Source: an uncultured Gemmatimonadaceae bacterium (lineage in GTDB: Bacteria > Gemmatimonadota > Gemmatimonadetes > Gemmatimonadales > Gemmatimonadaceae). Taken from it: a stretch of DNA of 64,000 bases. The translations under genes and the position numbers were made by a program. A model generated the notes under the pieces. That model did not search any database and was not told the DNA's origin. It saw only the letters and a program-made list of their open reading frames with translations. Where the stretch lies: the NCBI GenBank assembly GCA_963790305.1, contig CAWBOC010000005.1, positions 672,001 to 736,000 of the forward strand, given 5' to 3'. Below are positions 27,919-38,452 of the stretch, in pieces (position 1 is the first letter of the stretch; each line of letters starts with the position of its first letter).

Positions 27919-29646
27919 ATGACATCACCAGGCATCACCGACCTCGCGGAGGGGTTCACCTCCCTTGGCCTCCGTCCCGAGGTTGTCGAAACGCTCACGT
28001 CCCTCGGGTACGAAGAGCCGACGCCCATCCAACGCGAGGCGGTGCCGCTACTTCTCGAAGGACGCGACGTCCTCGGACAAGCGGCGACCGGCACCGGGAA
28101 GACCGCGGCGTTCGCGCTGCCCATGCTCGAGCGCATCTTCACCGGAGCGCCGGACGGGGGGCGTACCCGCGCGATTCGCGCACTTGTGCTCGTTCCCACG
28201 CGCGAGCTCGCGATGCAGGTCTCGGAGGCCGTGCATCGGTACGGAAAGTCGTACGGCGCGCGCGTCCTTCCCGTGTACGGTGGGCAGGCCATCGGCATGC
28301 AGCTCAAGGCCCTGCGCGCGGGCGTCGACGTCATAGTCGCCACGCCCGGTCGCATCGTCGACCATCTGCGGCGCGGCTCCATTCGCCTCGACAGCGTGCG
28401 CTTCGTGGTGCTCGACGAAGCGGACGAGATGCTCGACATGGGCTTCGCCGAGGACCTCGAGGCGGTGCTCGAGGCGCTCCCTACGGAACGCCAGACGGCA
28501 CTCTTTTCGGCGACGATGGCGGGACGGGTCGCATCGATCGCCGAGCGTCACCTCCACGAGCCGGTGCGGATCGCGATCGATCGACAGAGCGCTACGTCCG
28601 GGCAGCTGCCGCGCGTGCGACAGGTTGCGTACATCGTGCAGCGTCGCCACAAGGCCGTCGCGCTCGGCCGCGTGCTCGACATGGAGAATCCGACGTCGGC
28701 GATCATCTTCTGCCGCACTCGCACCGAGGTCGACGAGCTCACCGAAACGCTGGCTGGACGCGGATACCGCGCCGAAGCGCTGCACGGCGGACTCTCGCAG
28801 GAGCAGCGCGACCGCGTAATGCGGCGCTTCCGGGAGGGTGCCACGGAGCTGCTCATCGCGACCGACGTCGCCGCGCGAGGCCTCGACATCGAGTCGGTGT
28901 CTCACGTCGTGAACTTCGATGTCCCTTCGGCGCCTGACGGGTATCTCCATCGCATCGGGCGCACCGGGCGTGCCGGCCGTGAAGGTGTCGCGATCACGCT
29001 GGCCGAGCCGCGCGAGCACCGCCTGCTGCGGAACTTCGAGCGCCTGACGAGACAGAAGATTCAGGTCGAGACGGTTCCGACGATCGTCGATCTGCGCGCT
29101 CGTCGTCTCGAGGTGCTGCGCGGCTCATTGCGCGAGACGCTGCTCGGCGGCGACCTCGAGCAGCATCGCGTCGTCGTCGAGTCGCTGGCCGAAGAGTTCG
29201 ATGTGCTGGATGTGGCCGCCGCGGCGGTAAAGCTCGCGCACGAGGCGACCGCCGGCAGCTCGCGCGACGCTGAAGCCGCCGAGGAGCTGCCGATCGCATC
29301 GATACCTGTGGAAGGCCGAGCGCGCGAGACGCGCGATGGTCGCAAAGCTCGACCCAGCCGCGCGGAGGGTCGTCCGCGTCGCGAGCGGCCGTTCGCCGAC
29401 GCCGACGTCACACGCATTTACATCGGATTGGGTCGAAAGGCCGGGATGCGTCCCGCTGACCTCGTCGGGGCGATCGCCAACGAAGCAAAGATCGACGCGC
29501 GCGCGATCGGGGCGGTTGACATCGCCGACCGGTTCTCGCTGGTCGAGGTGCCGGATGAGGCGGTCGACGAGATCATTGGGGCCCTTCGCAACACGACGAT
29601 TCGAGGGAAGAAGGTGGTCGTGCGGAGGGACCGCGGCAGGAACTAG
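27919..29646 (+). CDS. deaD: DEAD-box RNA helicase with a DbpA-type C-terminal domain (DeaD/CsdA-like)
   Basis: PTPIQ, ATGTGKT, PTRELA, TPGR, DEAD, SAT, ARGLD, HRIGRTGR; C-terminal RPADLVGAIANE. Confidence 0.9.
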   Translation: MTSPGITDLAEGFTSLGLRPEVVETLTSLGYEEPTPIQREAVPLLLEGRDVLGQAATGTGKTAAFALPMLERIFTGAPDGGRTRAIRALVLVPTRELAMQVSEAVHRYGKSYGARVLPVYGGQAIGMQLKALRAGVDVIVATPGRIVDHLRRGSIRLDSVRFVVLDEADEMLDMGFAEDLEAVLEALPTERQTALFSATMAGRVASIAERHLHEPVRIAIDRQSATSGQLPRVRQVAYIVQRRHKAVALGRVLDMENPTSAIIFCRTRTEVDELTETLAGRGYRAEALHGGLSQEQRDRVMRRFREGATELLIATDVAARGLDIESVSHVVNFDVPSAPDGYLHRIGRTGRAGREGVAITLAEPREHRLLRNFERLTRQKIQVETVPTIVDLRARRLEVLRGSLRETLLGGDLEQHRVVVESLAEEFDVLDVAAAAVKLAHEATAGSSRDAEAAEELPIASIPVEGRARETRDGRKARPSRAEGRPRRERPFADADVTRIYIGLGRKAGMRPADLVGAIANEAKIDARAIGAVDIADRFSLVEVPDEAVDEIIGALRNTTIRGKKVVVRRDRGRN

Positions 29647-29764
29647 GGATCAGGAGTCAGGGGTCAGGGATCAGGGGGTGTCAGGGTTTAGGTGACAGGA
29701 GCTGACGCGCGCATTCCTGCCCCCTTCACCCTGACACCCCCTGATCCCTGACCCCTGACTCCTA
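29644..29764. repeat. GGRGTCA-family palindromic element, copy 3
   Basis: Starts at the deaD TAG; TA-bounded inverted 7-mer arrays. Confidence 0.9.
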
Positions 29765-29869
29765 GCTCCTGGTTTCTTGTTGCTCGCGCCGCGGAAAGAC
29801 CATATTTTGGCCAATTACCGCGGGGGGTAGACACGCGTCATCTCCGTACCGCGAGGAGGAGGATCCAGC

Positions 29870-30052
29870 GTGGTCGAAGTGAAGTTGGACGACGTCGATC
29901 GTATCGAGTGGGCGCTCAAGACTTTCAAGAAGAAGGTCCAGCGGGCGGGCGTGCTCCAGGATCTGCGGCGCAAGCGGCACTACGTGAAGCCGAGTGAAGC
30001 GCGTGCGCAGAAAGCGGCGGCGGCGCGCCGGCGCAAGCGCTCCCGCGGTTGA
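29870..30052 (+). CDS. rpsU: 30S ribosomal protein bS21
   Basis: IEWALKTFKKKVQRAGVLQDLRRKRHYVKPSE; strong GGAGGAGG SD. Confidence 0.95.
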   Translation: MVEVKLDDVDRIEWALKTFKKKVQRAGVLQDLRRKRHYVKPSEARAQKAAAARRRKRSRG

Positions 30053-30070
30053 CGCCAACAGCCAGGGTGA

Positions 30071-30100
30071 AACGGCCAGCTTGCGCTGGCCGTTCGCTTT
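30071..30100 (+). terminator. Hairpin after rpsU, possible terminator
   Basis: AACGGCCAGC-TTGC-GCTGGCCGTT followed by a weak T tract. Confidence 0.5.
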
Positions 30101-30318
30101 GGTAACCGGCACGTCTCACTCTCACGACGACGCTTGCGCTTGCGTGTTCACCTTGGCAACATATGGCACTCCCACCGCGCTCGGTTCCAGCCGAAGGAGC
30201 GCACCAGGGCGACGACGCCGTTGCCCGCCTTCATGCCGGCCCCCCTGCCGGCTCCAAGTGATGCCACCATGTACGCGGCACCACCATCCTCGATGATCTT
30301 CCTGCACCAGCGTCTCGG

Positions 30319-31170
30319 ATGAATCCCGAGCCGCAGGGCGAGCGCGTCGTTCGTGACACGATGACGCCCGTCCCGTTCGTTCCCGCCGATCATCACGTCC
30401 GAGGCGCGGGCGACACGGAGCTGGAGGCCGCGCAGCGCGCGCTGGCCTCCGAACACTCTCGGCTCACCGACGCACTCTCGCGTGCGGAGTCCGCACTGGC
30501 CATGCGCGACGAGGTGCTCGCGATCGTCGCACACGACCTTCGCGCGCCGCTCAACGCAGTGCAGTCGAGCGCCGCGTTCCTCATGGACGTGGAGCTCGCG
30601 GAGCCTGAGCGCAGGCGACTGCTCGATGTGATTCGCCGCGCGGCGTCCAGCATGAACGGACTCATTCAGGATCTCCTCGACGTCTCGCGAATGGAGAGCG
30701 GCGCCTTCACCGTCGAGCTGCAGAGGCTCGACGTGGCGGCGCTGGCCAGGGAGGTCTGCGAGCAGTTTCGCCCGCAAGCGACCGAGAGCGGCCAGAAGCT
30801 CGAGTCCAGGGTCGAGCGTGATATTCCACTCGTGCCGGGCGATCGCGACCGCCTCACCCAGGTGCTCGAGAATCTCATCAGCAACGCGTTGCGGTTCACC
30901 CCCGCGGGTGGGGCGGTCACGGTTCACGTCGCGCGACAGGGAGGGGATGCGGTTGCGTGCTCGGTATCGGACACAGGCGTAGGCATCGCACCCGAAGATC
31001 TCCCGCATCTGTTCGAACGTTTCTGGCAAGCGCGGCGCTATCGGCGCGGTGGCGCGGGGCTGGGACTCGCGATTGCGCGCGGCGTGGTCGAAGCGCACGG
31101 ATCGGCGCTGGCGGTGGAGAGCGAGCCGGGGCGGGGGAGTACGTTCTCCTTCGTGCTCCGAAGCGGCTGA
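30319..31170 (+). CDS. Histidine kinase (HisKA and HATPase) with no evident sensor domain
   Basis: VAHDLRAPL, NLISNALRFT, DTGVGI, LFERFWQ, GAGLGLAI. Confidence 0.88.
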   Translation: MNPEPQGERVVRDTMTPVPFVPADHHVRGAGDTELEAAQRALASEHSRLTDALSRAESALAMRDEVLAIVAHDLRAPLNAVQSSAAFLMDVELAEPERRRLLDVIRRAASSMNGLIQDLLDVSRMESGAFTVELQRLDVAALAREVCEQFRPQATESGQKLESRVERDIPLVPGDRDRLTQVLENLISNALRFTPAGGAVTVHVARQGGDAVACSVSDTGVGIAPEDLPHLFERFWQARRYRRGGAGLGLAIARGVVEAHGSALAVESEPGRGSTFSFVLRSG

Positions 31171-31297
31171 GCGCGAAGGCGAGTGGCGCGGCGGCGCTTC
31201 CGCTCGCTTCCCACTGCAGTTCCACATTTCTTGCAAAAGCCCCTCCCGTCCGGACCCGAGACCCGAGTCCGGGGGCCAGATCATTCGGAGGGAGAAC

Positions 31298-31879
31298 ATG
31301 CGGATCCAGTACAAGATTCTTGGCAGTGTGATCGCCGTCACAATGCTTGGCATCTCGGCGTGCCGTGATGCTGAGTATGCCGACCAGGACACGGCTGCGG
31401 TCGTGACTGATACGACCGCCGTGGGCGGCAACGTCGAGGCGTACAGCGACGCGAACGCCGTGGCGTTCATTCAGACGGTGAACACCGGTGAGGTCGAAGC
31501 GGCCGGGCTCGCCAAGACGAAGGCGACGGGCGCCGAGATCAAGTCATTCGCGCGTCAGATGGAGACGGACCACGCGGCGATGAAGACCGAAGTCGCGGAG
31601 GCCGCGCAGCGGCTTGGTCTGTCGACGACGGCGACGGATGAGGATGTCCTCGAGGATCATCAGGAGGACATGCGGGAGCTGAACGAGGCGAAGGCGGGAA
31701 ACGAGTTCGACGACAAGTACATCGACGAGCAGGTCGAGGCGCACAAGAACGCGCTCGACAAGATCGATGACGCGATCGAGAAGACGCAGAACGCCGAGTT
31801 CAAGGCGCTATTGCAGAAGGCCCGCGGCGCGGTAGAAGGACACCTGAAGCACGCGGAGCAGCTGGACAAGAAGGTCTAG
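31298..31879 (+). CDS. DUF4142-like lipoprotein
   Basis: GGAG SD; lipobox LGISAC; NTGEVEAAGLA..FARQMETDH..FDDKYIDEQVEAH..HLKHA. Confidence 0.8.
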   Translation: MRIQYKILGSVIAVTMLGISACRDAEYADQDTAAVVTDTTAVGGNVEAYSDANAVAFIQTVNTGEVEAAGLAKTKATGAEIKSFARQMETDHAAMKTEVAEAAQRLGLSTTATDEDVLEDHQEDMRELNEAKAGNEFDDKYIDEQVEAHKNALDKIDDAIEKTQNAEFKALLQKARGAVEGHLKHAEQLDKKV

Positions 31880-32036
31880 GAGCTGGGGGTCAGGAGTCAG
31901 GAGTCAGGGATGGAAAGGGCGGCGCCGCTACGCGGCTGCCGCCTCATCAAATGAGCAAACGGCGGCGCGAAATGCGCCGCCGTTTGCCTTTCCATACCCT
32001 GACCCCTGACCCCTGACTCCTGACCCCCGACCTCTA
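31877..32036. repeat. GGRGTCA-family element, copy 4, with branched core
   Basis: Bounded by the TAG stops of both convergent genes; core 31912-31993 shared with copy 5. Confidence 0.9.
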
Positions 32037-34466
32037 CGGCAGCGCGGCGCGCTGCCGCTCCTTCACGTACCGATCCAGCCACTCCACCATTTCCCACAGC
32101 ACGTGACCCACCGACTCGCGCGCGCGGTAGCCGTGCGCCTCCGAGGGAAGTAAGACGTACCGCACCACCCCGCCATTTCCCTTGATCGCCGCGAACATAC
32201 GATCCGACTGCACGGGGAACGTGCCCGAGTTGTTGTCGGCTTCACCGTGAATCATGAGCACCGGCTCGTTGATCCGATGCGCGAAGGTGAAGGGCGACAT
32301 CTTCATGTACGTCTCCTGCGCCTTCCAGAAATCGCGCTCCTCGGCCTGAAAGCCGAAGGGCGTCAGCGTGCGGTTGTAGGCGCCGCTGCGCGCGATGCCG
32401 GTGCGGAAGAGATCCGAATGCGCGAGGAGGTTCGCGGTCATGAAGGCGCCGTACGAGTGGCCGCCGATGGCGATGCGCTCGCGATCCGCCACGCCACGTC
32501 GCACCACTTCGTCGACCGCCGCCTGCGCCCCCGCCACCAGCTGCTCGATATACGAGTCGTTAGGCTCCGCCGTCCCTTCGCCGACGATCGGCATGGCCGG
32601 ATCGTCGAGCACGCCGTAGCCCTGCGTCAGCAGGAACAAATGCGACGCGCCCTGCGGTCTCACGAAGCGATACGGTGAGCCGCGCACCTGGGCGGCCGCC
32701 GCAGCGGTCTTGAACTCCTGGGGATACGCCCAGAACAGGAATGGGAGCGGACCGCGGGAGCGATCGTATCCTGCCGGCAGGTAGAGCGTGGCGGAGAGGT
32801 CCACCCCGTCGGCTCGCTTGTACTTGATCAGCTCGCGGCTGATCCCGGCGAACTGGGGGGCGGGGTCCTTGAACTCGGTGAGCGCCGTGACCCGGTTGGC
32901 GCGCAGGTCGCGCAGGAAGTAGTTCGGCGCCTCGGTGACCGACTCACGTCGCGTGATCACCCGGCGCGCGTCGGGGTCGAGCACGGTGACGACGAACTCG
33001 TAATGCGGAGCCTGCGATCGCCAGAGTCGCGTCGTCTTGCCTGTCGCGAGGTCGATGCGATCGAGGAACGGACGATCGCCCTCGGAGGAGGCGCCGTCGC
33101 CAGTGAGATAGGCGAACTTTCCGTCGCGCGTCGTGAGGAGGACGGAGGTACCCAACGGTCCGGGGACGGTGACGAAGGTACCCGGCGCTCCGTACCGGTC
33201 CTCGAAGGAGCGATCGAACAGGAGACGCGGCCCGGTCGACGCGGCGGGAGTGATCGCCGACATGCGCTCACGACGCGTCTTCCACCAGCCCTCGGCCACG
33301 AGCGCGAGTCTCTCGCTCGCCCACACGACGTCGTCAATGCGATACCCAGCCTCGAAGAGCGTGCGCGCCTCCCCGTCGAACGGCGCCGCAAGCATCAGGA
33401 GACGGTCGCGACGGTCCGCGGTACCCGACGGGTCTCCTTTGTCGAGGGCTTCGGTCCAGATGAGCGTCGCTGGAGCATCCTGACGCCAGTTGGGATCGCG
33501 CGGCCCGGGAACCGTCGCGTCGCGCGCGATGGACATCTCCTCGATAAGCGCCCGATCGGTCACTCGCTTCACCATCCGGCCATCGAGATCCCACACCTCG
33601 ATGCGCTGCGGGAAGCGATCGACCGGAACCACGTACGAGAACGGGCGGTGGGATGTCGTCACCAGCAGGTAGCGGGAATCCGGCGACGGCCGCACGGAGA
33701 GATGAATCCCCGCGTCGCCAATGAGGCGCGCCGGGCCATCGGCGGAGACGATTGCAACACGGCTCGTCGCGTAGTGCTCGAAGAGGTTCTCGTCCGCGGG
33801 CGTCGCGAGCAGATCCTGATACGTCCGATTGGGCGCGGCGCGACCGGACGCTTCCTGCACGACCGGTCCCGTGGGCGTTGCCGATCGCGCCGGTTCAGCG
33901 CCGCGCTCAGAGGGAATGACCTTGCACGCCAGACGAGCGTTGTCGATCCAGCGGCAGGGCGGCCCGATCGTCGCGTTCATCGGCGGCGCGTCCACTCGAC
34001 GCGCGGCACCCGTGGCGACGTCGGCGATCCACAGGCTCACCATGCTGTCGGAAGTCACGGTGAATGCGATGCGCTTCGAATCCGCCGACCATTGCGGTAC
34101 GCCGATGCGCGCGCCCTGGGGCGTCTCGATGCGCCGCTCGCGGGGAGCGTTGTTGGCCGATGCGATCGCTCTCAGCCGCAGTCCGGTACCGGTCACTTCT
34201 CGCGACTGGCCGCCCGTCCGCGGGTTAATGCGAATCCCGGCCAGACGAAGCTCGGGCTCCGACAGCTCGGCGATCGAGGGGAGCGACGCACGCTCCGCCA
34301 GGAGTAGCCAGGCGCGATCGGGACTCACGAAAACCGCCGGCGTTTGCGGCGCGTCGAGGATGTTGGCGATGGGCGACGGCGGCTGACGATACCCTTGCTG
34401 CGCCGCCACGAGTGACGGCAGTGCGCTAATGAGGAGACCGACGGTAAGGCGCATCGAGCGAGTCAT
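32034..34466 (-). CDS. Secreted S9 prolyl-oligopeptidase-family peptidase
   Basis: Signal peptide; GGHSYGAF nucleophile, HGEADNN, EAHGY. Confidence 0.93.
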   Translation of the reverse strand: MTRSMRLTVGLLISALPSLVAAQQGYRQPPSPIANILDAPQTPAVFVSPDRAWLLLAERASLPSIAELSEPELRLAGIRINPRTGGQSREVTGTGLRLRAIASANNAPRERRIETPQGARIGVPQWSADSKRIAFTVTSDSMVSLWIADVATGAARRVDAPPMNATIGPPCRWIDNARLACKVIPSERGAEPARSATPTGPVVQEASGRAAPNRTYQDLLATPADENLFEHYATSRVAIVSADGPARLIGDAGIHLSVRPSPDSRYLLVTTSHRPFSYVVPVDRFPQRIEVWDLDGRMVKRVTDRALIEEMSIARDATVPGPRDPNWRQDAPATLIWTEALDKGDPSGTADRRDRLLMLAAPFDGEARTLFEAGYRIDDVVWASERLALVAEGWWKTRRERMSAITPAASTGPRLLFDRSFEDRYGAPGTFVTVPGPLGTSVLLTTRDGKFAYLTGDGASSEGDRPFLDRIDLATGKTTRLWRSQAPHYEFVVTVLDPDARRVITRRESVTEAPNYFLRDLRANRVTALTEFKDPAPQFAGISRELIKYKRADGVDLSATLYLPAGYDRSRGPLPFLFWAYPQEFKTAAAAAQVRGSPYRFVRPQGASHLFLLTQGYGVLDDPAMPIVGEGTAEPNDSYIEQLVAGAQAAVDEVVRRGVADRERIAIGGHSYGAFMTANLLAHSDLFRTGIARSGAYNRTLTPFGFQAEERDFWKAQETYMKMSPFTFAHRINEPVLMIHGEADNNSGTFPVQSDRMFAAIKGNGGVVRYVLLPSEAHGYRARESVGHVLWEMVEWLDRYVKERQRAALP

Positions 34467-34556
34467 GGGGCCTCGCGGTTAGGGACAGACACGGGCGTCC
34501 AATCTACCATGGCTGATTACGCGTCACGAGGTGGCTGTGCTGGGCCTCCCACGGCC

Positions 34557-34756
34557 GGCATCCAGGTTCAAAGTTGGGACGCGGATTCGGCGGATTTAGC
34601 GGATTTGGCGGATCGCTCCTGGTGGCGTGATCTCTCCTCTACAGGAGCAAACAGCGTGTTTTTTTGCCTGCGCGAGGAGAGTTCTCTGCGCCAGGAACGA
34701 TCCGCCTGATCCGCTGAATCCGCGTAATCCGCGTCCCAACTTTGAACCTGGATGCC
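34557..34756. repeat. 200-bp palindromic element with a 31-bp perfect terminal IR and GCGGATTNN tandem arms
   Basis: GGCATCCAGGTTCAAAGTTGGGACGCGGATT and its exact reverse complement; lies between divergent genes. Confidence 0.92.
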
Positions 34757-34893
34757 AGCCCGTCTTCGAAAGCTGGATGCCAGACCAGCCTGGTTAATGT
34801 GCGGTAAGAGCCGACAAACCCGTCTTGCGGACTGGTGCCCGAAAGGCTTAGACAAGGGGCCAGGCGTCCACCTCTCTCACTCCGTACTGGTTT

Positions 34894-37800
34894 ATGCGCT
34901 CATTGCTGATCGCCGCCGCCGCGGCCTGCGTCGGGCTGTCCCTCTCTGCTCAGGAACAGAAAAGCGACACCACGAAGAAGGACCTTCCCCTCAAGACCGA
35001 GCGGACCGTCAAGCTCACCACGGACGAAGGGACCTGGCTCTCGCTCGACGTGTCCCCCGACGGACGCACGATCGTGTTCGAGATGGTCGGCGACCTCTAC
35101 ACGCTTCCCATGAGCGGCGGCCAGGCGACGCGCATTACCGAAGGTCCTGCCTTCGACGTGCAGCCGCGCTTCTCGCCCGACGGGAAGCAGATCGCCTTCG
35201 TCAGTGACCGATCGGGGTCGGACAACCTCTGGGTGATGGATGCCGACGGCAAGAACGCCAAGGCGATCAGCAAGGGTGACAAGATCCAGTACGTGTCTCC
35301 GGAGTGGACGCCGGATGGGCGCTTCATCGTCGTCTCGCGCAACGGGGCGCAGTTCGCGCCCATGTACGATCTCTACCTCTACCACAAGGATGGCGGCGCG
35401 GGACTCAAGATGACCGGCGCGACGCCGCCGCCGAGTGGACCACCCAACCCCTTCGCCCCGCCGCCGCCTAACAACTACGTCGGAGCGGCGTTCGGCAAGG
35501 ATGGACGCTTCCTCTACGTCGCCGCGCGGCAGGGCGCGGGTGGCTACAACCAGACGTCGTTTGGGTGGCAGATCGCCGTGTACGATCGCGAGACCGGCCA
35601 GATCTTCGCCCGCACCGACGCGCTTGGCGGCGCCATGCGTCCGGTGGTCAGCCCCGACGGAAAATTGATGGTGTACGGCACGCGCGCGGATAGTGTCACG
35701 TCGCTTCGCCTTCGCGACCTCACGACAGGCGACGAGCGGTGGCTCGTGCAGAACGTGCAACGTGACGACCAGGAGTCACGCTTCACGCGCGATCTGCTCC
35801 CCGGCTCCGCGTTCACCCCCGATGGACAGGCCCTCGTCACCTCGTTCGGCGGCAAGCTCTGGCGCGTCGACGTCGGCTCCGGGAGGACGGTCCAGATTCC
35901 ATTCACCGCCGCCATCGACGTCGGGCTCGGCCCACTCTCGAAATTCGAGTACCAGCTCAACGATTCGACGCTCACCGTACAGCAGGTGCGTGGCGCGCGG
36001 CCGTCTCCCGATGGAAAGCGCCTCGCATTCACGGCACTGGACAAGGTGTGGGTGATGGACCTGCCTCGCGGAACGCCGCGCCGCCTCACGACGACGGGAC
36101 GCGGGATTGGCGAGCATGCGCCGGTCTGGTCGCCCGATGGCCGGTACGTCGCGTACGTCACCTGGACCGATCAGGGCGGGGACGTCATGCGCGTCCGCAC
36201 CGACCGGCGCGCCCAGCCGGAACGCCTCACGACGCAGCAGGCCTTCTACGAGCAGCTCAACTACTCGCCCGACGGGCAGCGGCTTGTCGTTGCCCGGGGA
36301 CCACGGCAGCAACGCGTGGAGCACGAGGAGTTCACGCGCAATCCCTTCTCGGCCGGGATCGAGCTCGTGTGGCTCCCCGCCACCGGCGGCGACGCGCGCG
36401 TCATCACGCCGATGACGTTCTACGGCTACCCGCATTTCACGCGCGACAGCGCGCGCGTCTACCTCTACGATCCGCGTGATGGGCTCGTGTCCATGCGCTT
36501 CGACGGCACCGACCGCAAGGCGCACATCAAGGTGACCGGCAACATGGACGCGCGCCGCAATCCCCCGGTGCCGAATCCGGCAGACGAGATCCTCGTATCG
36601 CCCGATGGTGATCGCGTGCTCGCGCAGGTGGATGGCAATGTTTACGTGCTCTCTGTTCCGGTCATCGGCGGAACGACGCCCGTCGTCAACGTCGCGAATC
36701 TGGCGAACGCCCAGGTGCCGGCACGGCGGCTCACGCGCATTGGCGGTGATTTCGTCGGCTGGTATCGCGACGCGCAACGCGTGCACTACTCGATCGGCCA
36801 CGCGTACTTCACGTTCAACCTTCCGCGCGCCGACTCGTTGCAGCGCGATTCGATCGCCCGCGCCGATTCTCTCAAGCGGGTGGCGGCGGCAGCTCCGCGC
36901 GACTCAGCCCGCGTCGACACGGCGCGCGCCGGCGGTGCTCCGGCGGAGAACATCGCTCGCACGCCAGCGGATTCGGCCAAAGTCGCCCAGGCCGACACGG
37001 CAAAGAAGTCGAAGCCCGCGTACGAGCCGGAGCGCGTGGACGTGCTCATCACTGTGCAGCGCGATCGCCCGAAGGGGAGCGTAGTGCTGCGTGGTGCACG
37101 CGCCATCACCATGAAGGGCGATGAGGTGATCGAGAACGCCGACATCGTCGTAACCGACAATCGCATCGCGGCGGTCGGCGCGCGCGGCAGCGTGCCGGTG
37201 CCAGCGGGCGCGCGGGTGATCGACGTCAACGGCAAGACCATCATGCCGGGATGGGTCGATGTGCATGCCCACATGTGGCCGGGCTTCGGCATCCACCCCA
37301 TCCAGCCGTGGGAGTACTACGCGAATCTCGCGTATGGAGTCACGACGACGCGTGATCCGCAGACGTCGACCACGGACGTCCTCTCGTACGGCGACCTCGT
37401 CGAGACCGGCGAGATGATCGGCCCGCGGGTGTTCTCCACCGGACCGGGCGTCTTTTGGTCGGACGACATCAAGAGCCTCGACGACGCTCGCGATGTGCTC
37501 AAGCGATACACCGAATTCTACGGCATCAAGACGATCAAGCAGTACATGGTGGGCGATCGCAAGGTGCGGCAGTGGGTCATCATGGCCGCCCGCGAGCTCG
37601 GCCTAACGCCGACGCTCGAGGGAGGTCTCGACTTCAAGAAGAACCTGACTGAAGCGATCGATGGCTACGCGGGCATCGAGCATTCACTGCCGATCGCGCC
37701 CCTCTACAATGACGTCGTCACGGTCCTGGCGCAGAGCGGGGTCACGTATACGCCGACGCTCCTCGTCCAGTACGGTGGACCGTGGGCCGAGAACTACTGG

Positions 37801-38328
37801 TATCAGCACCACGATATCCTCAAGGATGCGAAGATTGGCCGTTGGGTCCCGAAGACCGAATTGCTTCGTCGCGGCCTTCGCCGGCAGGGGTGGTGGCACG
37901 AGAGCCAATACTCGTTCAAGCTCCTCGCCGAGCAGACGAAGAAGATCGTCGAAGCGGGCGGGCGCGTCGGGGTCGGCGGTCACGGACAGCTTCAGGGACT
38001 CGGCGTCCACTGGGAGCTGTGGTCGATCGCATCGGGAGGGATGAAGAATCACGACGTGCTCCGCGTCGGCACCGTATTCGGCGCCGAGGCGATCGGATTC
38101 GGCAAGGAGCTCGGCACGCTCGAGGGAGGAAAGCTCGCCGACCTTCAGGTGCTCGACGCCAACCCGCTCGAGAATATCCGTAACACGAATACGATCCGGT
38201 ACGTGATGAAGAATGGGCGGCTCTACGAGGCGGAGACGCTCACCGAGGTCTGGCCACGCCAGCGAGCGATCGACCGACCCTGGTGGTGGGAGCCTGAACG
38301 GCCGCTGGCAGAAGGAGCGACACCCTAG
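34894..38328 (+). CDS. Secreted amidohydrolase with TolB-like (PD40) beta-propeller repeats
   Basis: Repeated SPDG motifs; GKTIMPGWVDVHAH, YGVTTTRDP, GIEH, GKLADLQVLDANPL. Confidence 0.9.
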   Translation: MRSLLIAAAAACVGLSLSAQEQKSDTTKKDLPLKTERTVKLTTDEGTWLSLDVSPDGRTIVFEMVGDLYTLPMSGGQATRITEGPAFDVQPRFSPDGKQIAFVSDRSGSDNLWVMDADGKNAKAISKGDKIQYVSPEWTPDGRFIVVSRNGAQFAPMYDLYLYHKDGGAGLKMTGATPPPSGPPNPFAPPPPNNYVGAAFGKDGRFLYVAARQGAGGYNQTSFGWQIAVYDRETGQIFARTDALGGAMRPVVSPDGKLMVYGTRADSVTSLRLRDLTTGDERWLVQNVQRDDQESRFTRDLLPGSAFTPDGQALVTSFGGKLWRVDVGSGRTVQIPFTAAIDVGLGPLSKFEYQLNDSTLTVQQVRGARPSPDGKRLAFTALDKVWVMDLPRGTPRRLTTTGRGIGEHAPVWSPDGRYVAYVTWTDQGGDVMRVRTDRRAQPERLTTQQAFYEQLNYSPDGQRLVVARGPRQQRVEHEEFTRNPFSAGIELVWLPATGGDARVITPMTFYGYPHFTRDSARVYLYDPRDGLVSMRFDGTDRKAHIKVTGNMDARRNPPVPNPADEILVSPDGDRVLAQVDGNVYVLSVPVIGGTTPVVNVANLANAQVPARRLTRIGGDFVGWYRDAQRVHYSIGHAYFTFNLPRADSLQRDSIARADSLKRVAAAAPRDSARVDTARAGGAPAENIARTPADSAKVAQADTAKKSKPAYEPERVDVLITVQRDRPKGSVVLRGARAITMKGDEVIENADIVVTDNRIAAVGARGSVPVPAGARVIDVNGKTIMPGWVDVHAHMWPGFGIHPIQPWEYYANLAYGVTTTRDPQTSTTDVLSYGDLVETGEMIGPRVFSTGPGVFWSDDIKSLDDARDVLKRYTEFYGIKTIKQYMVGDRKVRQWVIMAARELGLTPTLEGGLDFKKNLTEAIDGYAGIEHSLPIAPLYNDVVTVLAQSGVTYTPTLLVQYGGPWAENYWYQHHDILKDAKIGRWVPKTELLRRGLRRQGWWHESQYSFKLLAEQTKKIVEAGGRVGVGGHGQLQGLGVHWELWSIASGGMKNHDVLRVGTVFGAEAIGFGKELGTLEGGKLADLQVLDANPLENIRNTNTIRYVMKNGRLYEAETLTEVWPRQRAIDRPWWWEPERPLAEGATP

Positions 38329-38387
38329 AAACTGCGACTGCGAACGAGGTGCTCAGGGAGCACCTGGTTCGCAGTTCGCAGTTTTCT
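38326..38387. repeat. Short palindromic element with ACTGCGA 7-mer arms, copy 1
   Basis: TAG-AAACTGCGACTGCGAAC..GTTCGCAGTTCGCAGTTTTCT; may also act as a terminator. Confidence 0.75.
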
Positions 38388-38452
38388 GTGACCCCCGGCA
38401 TGCAAAACGGGGTGCTCTCGTTGTATCCTGTGATGGACAACGCTGAGGGGGA

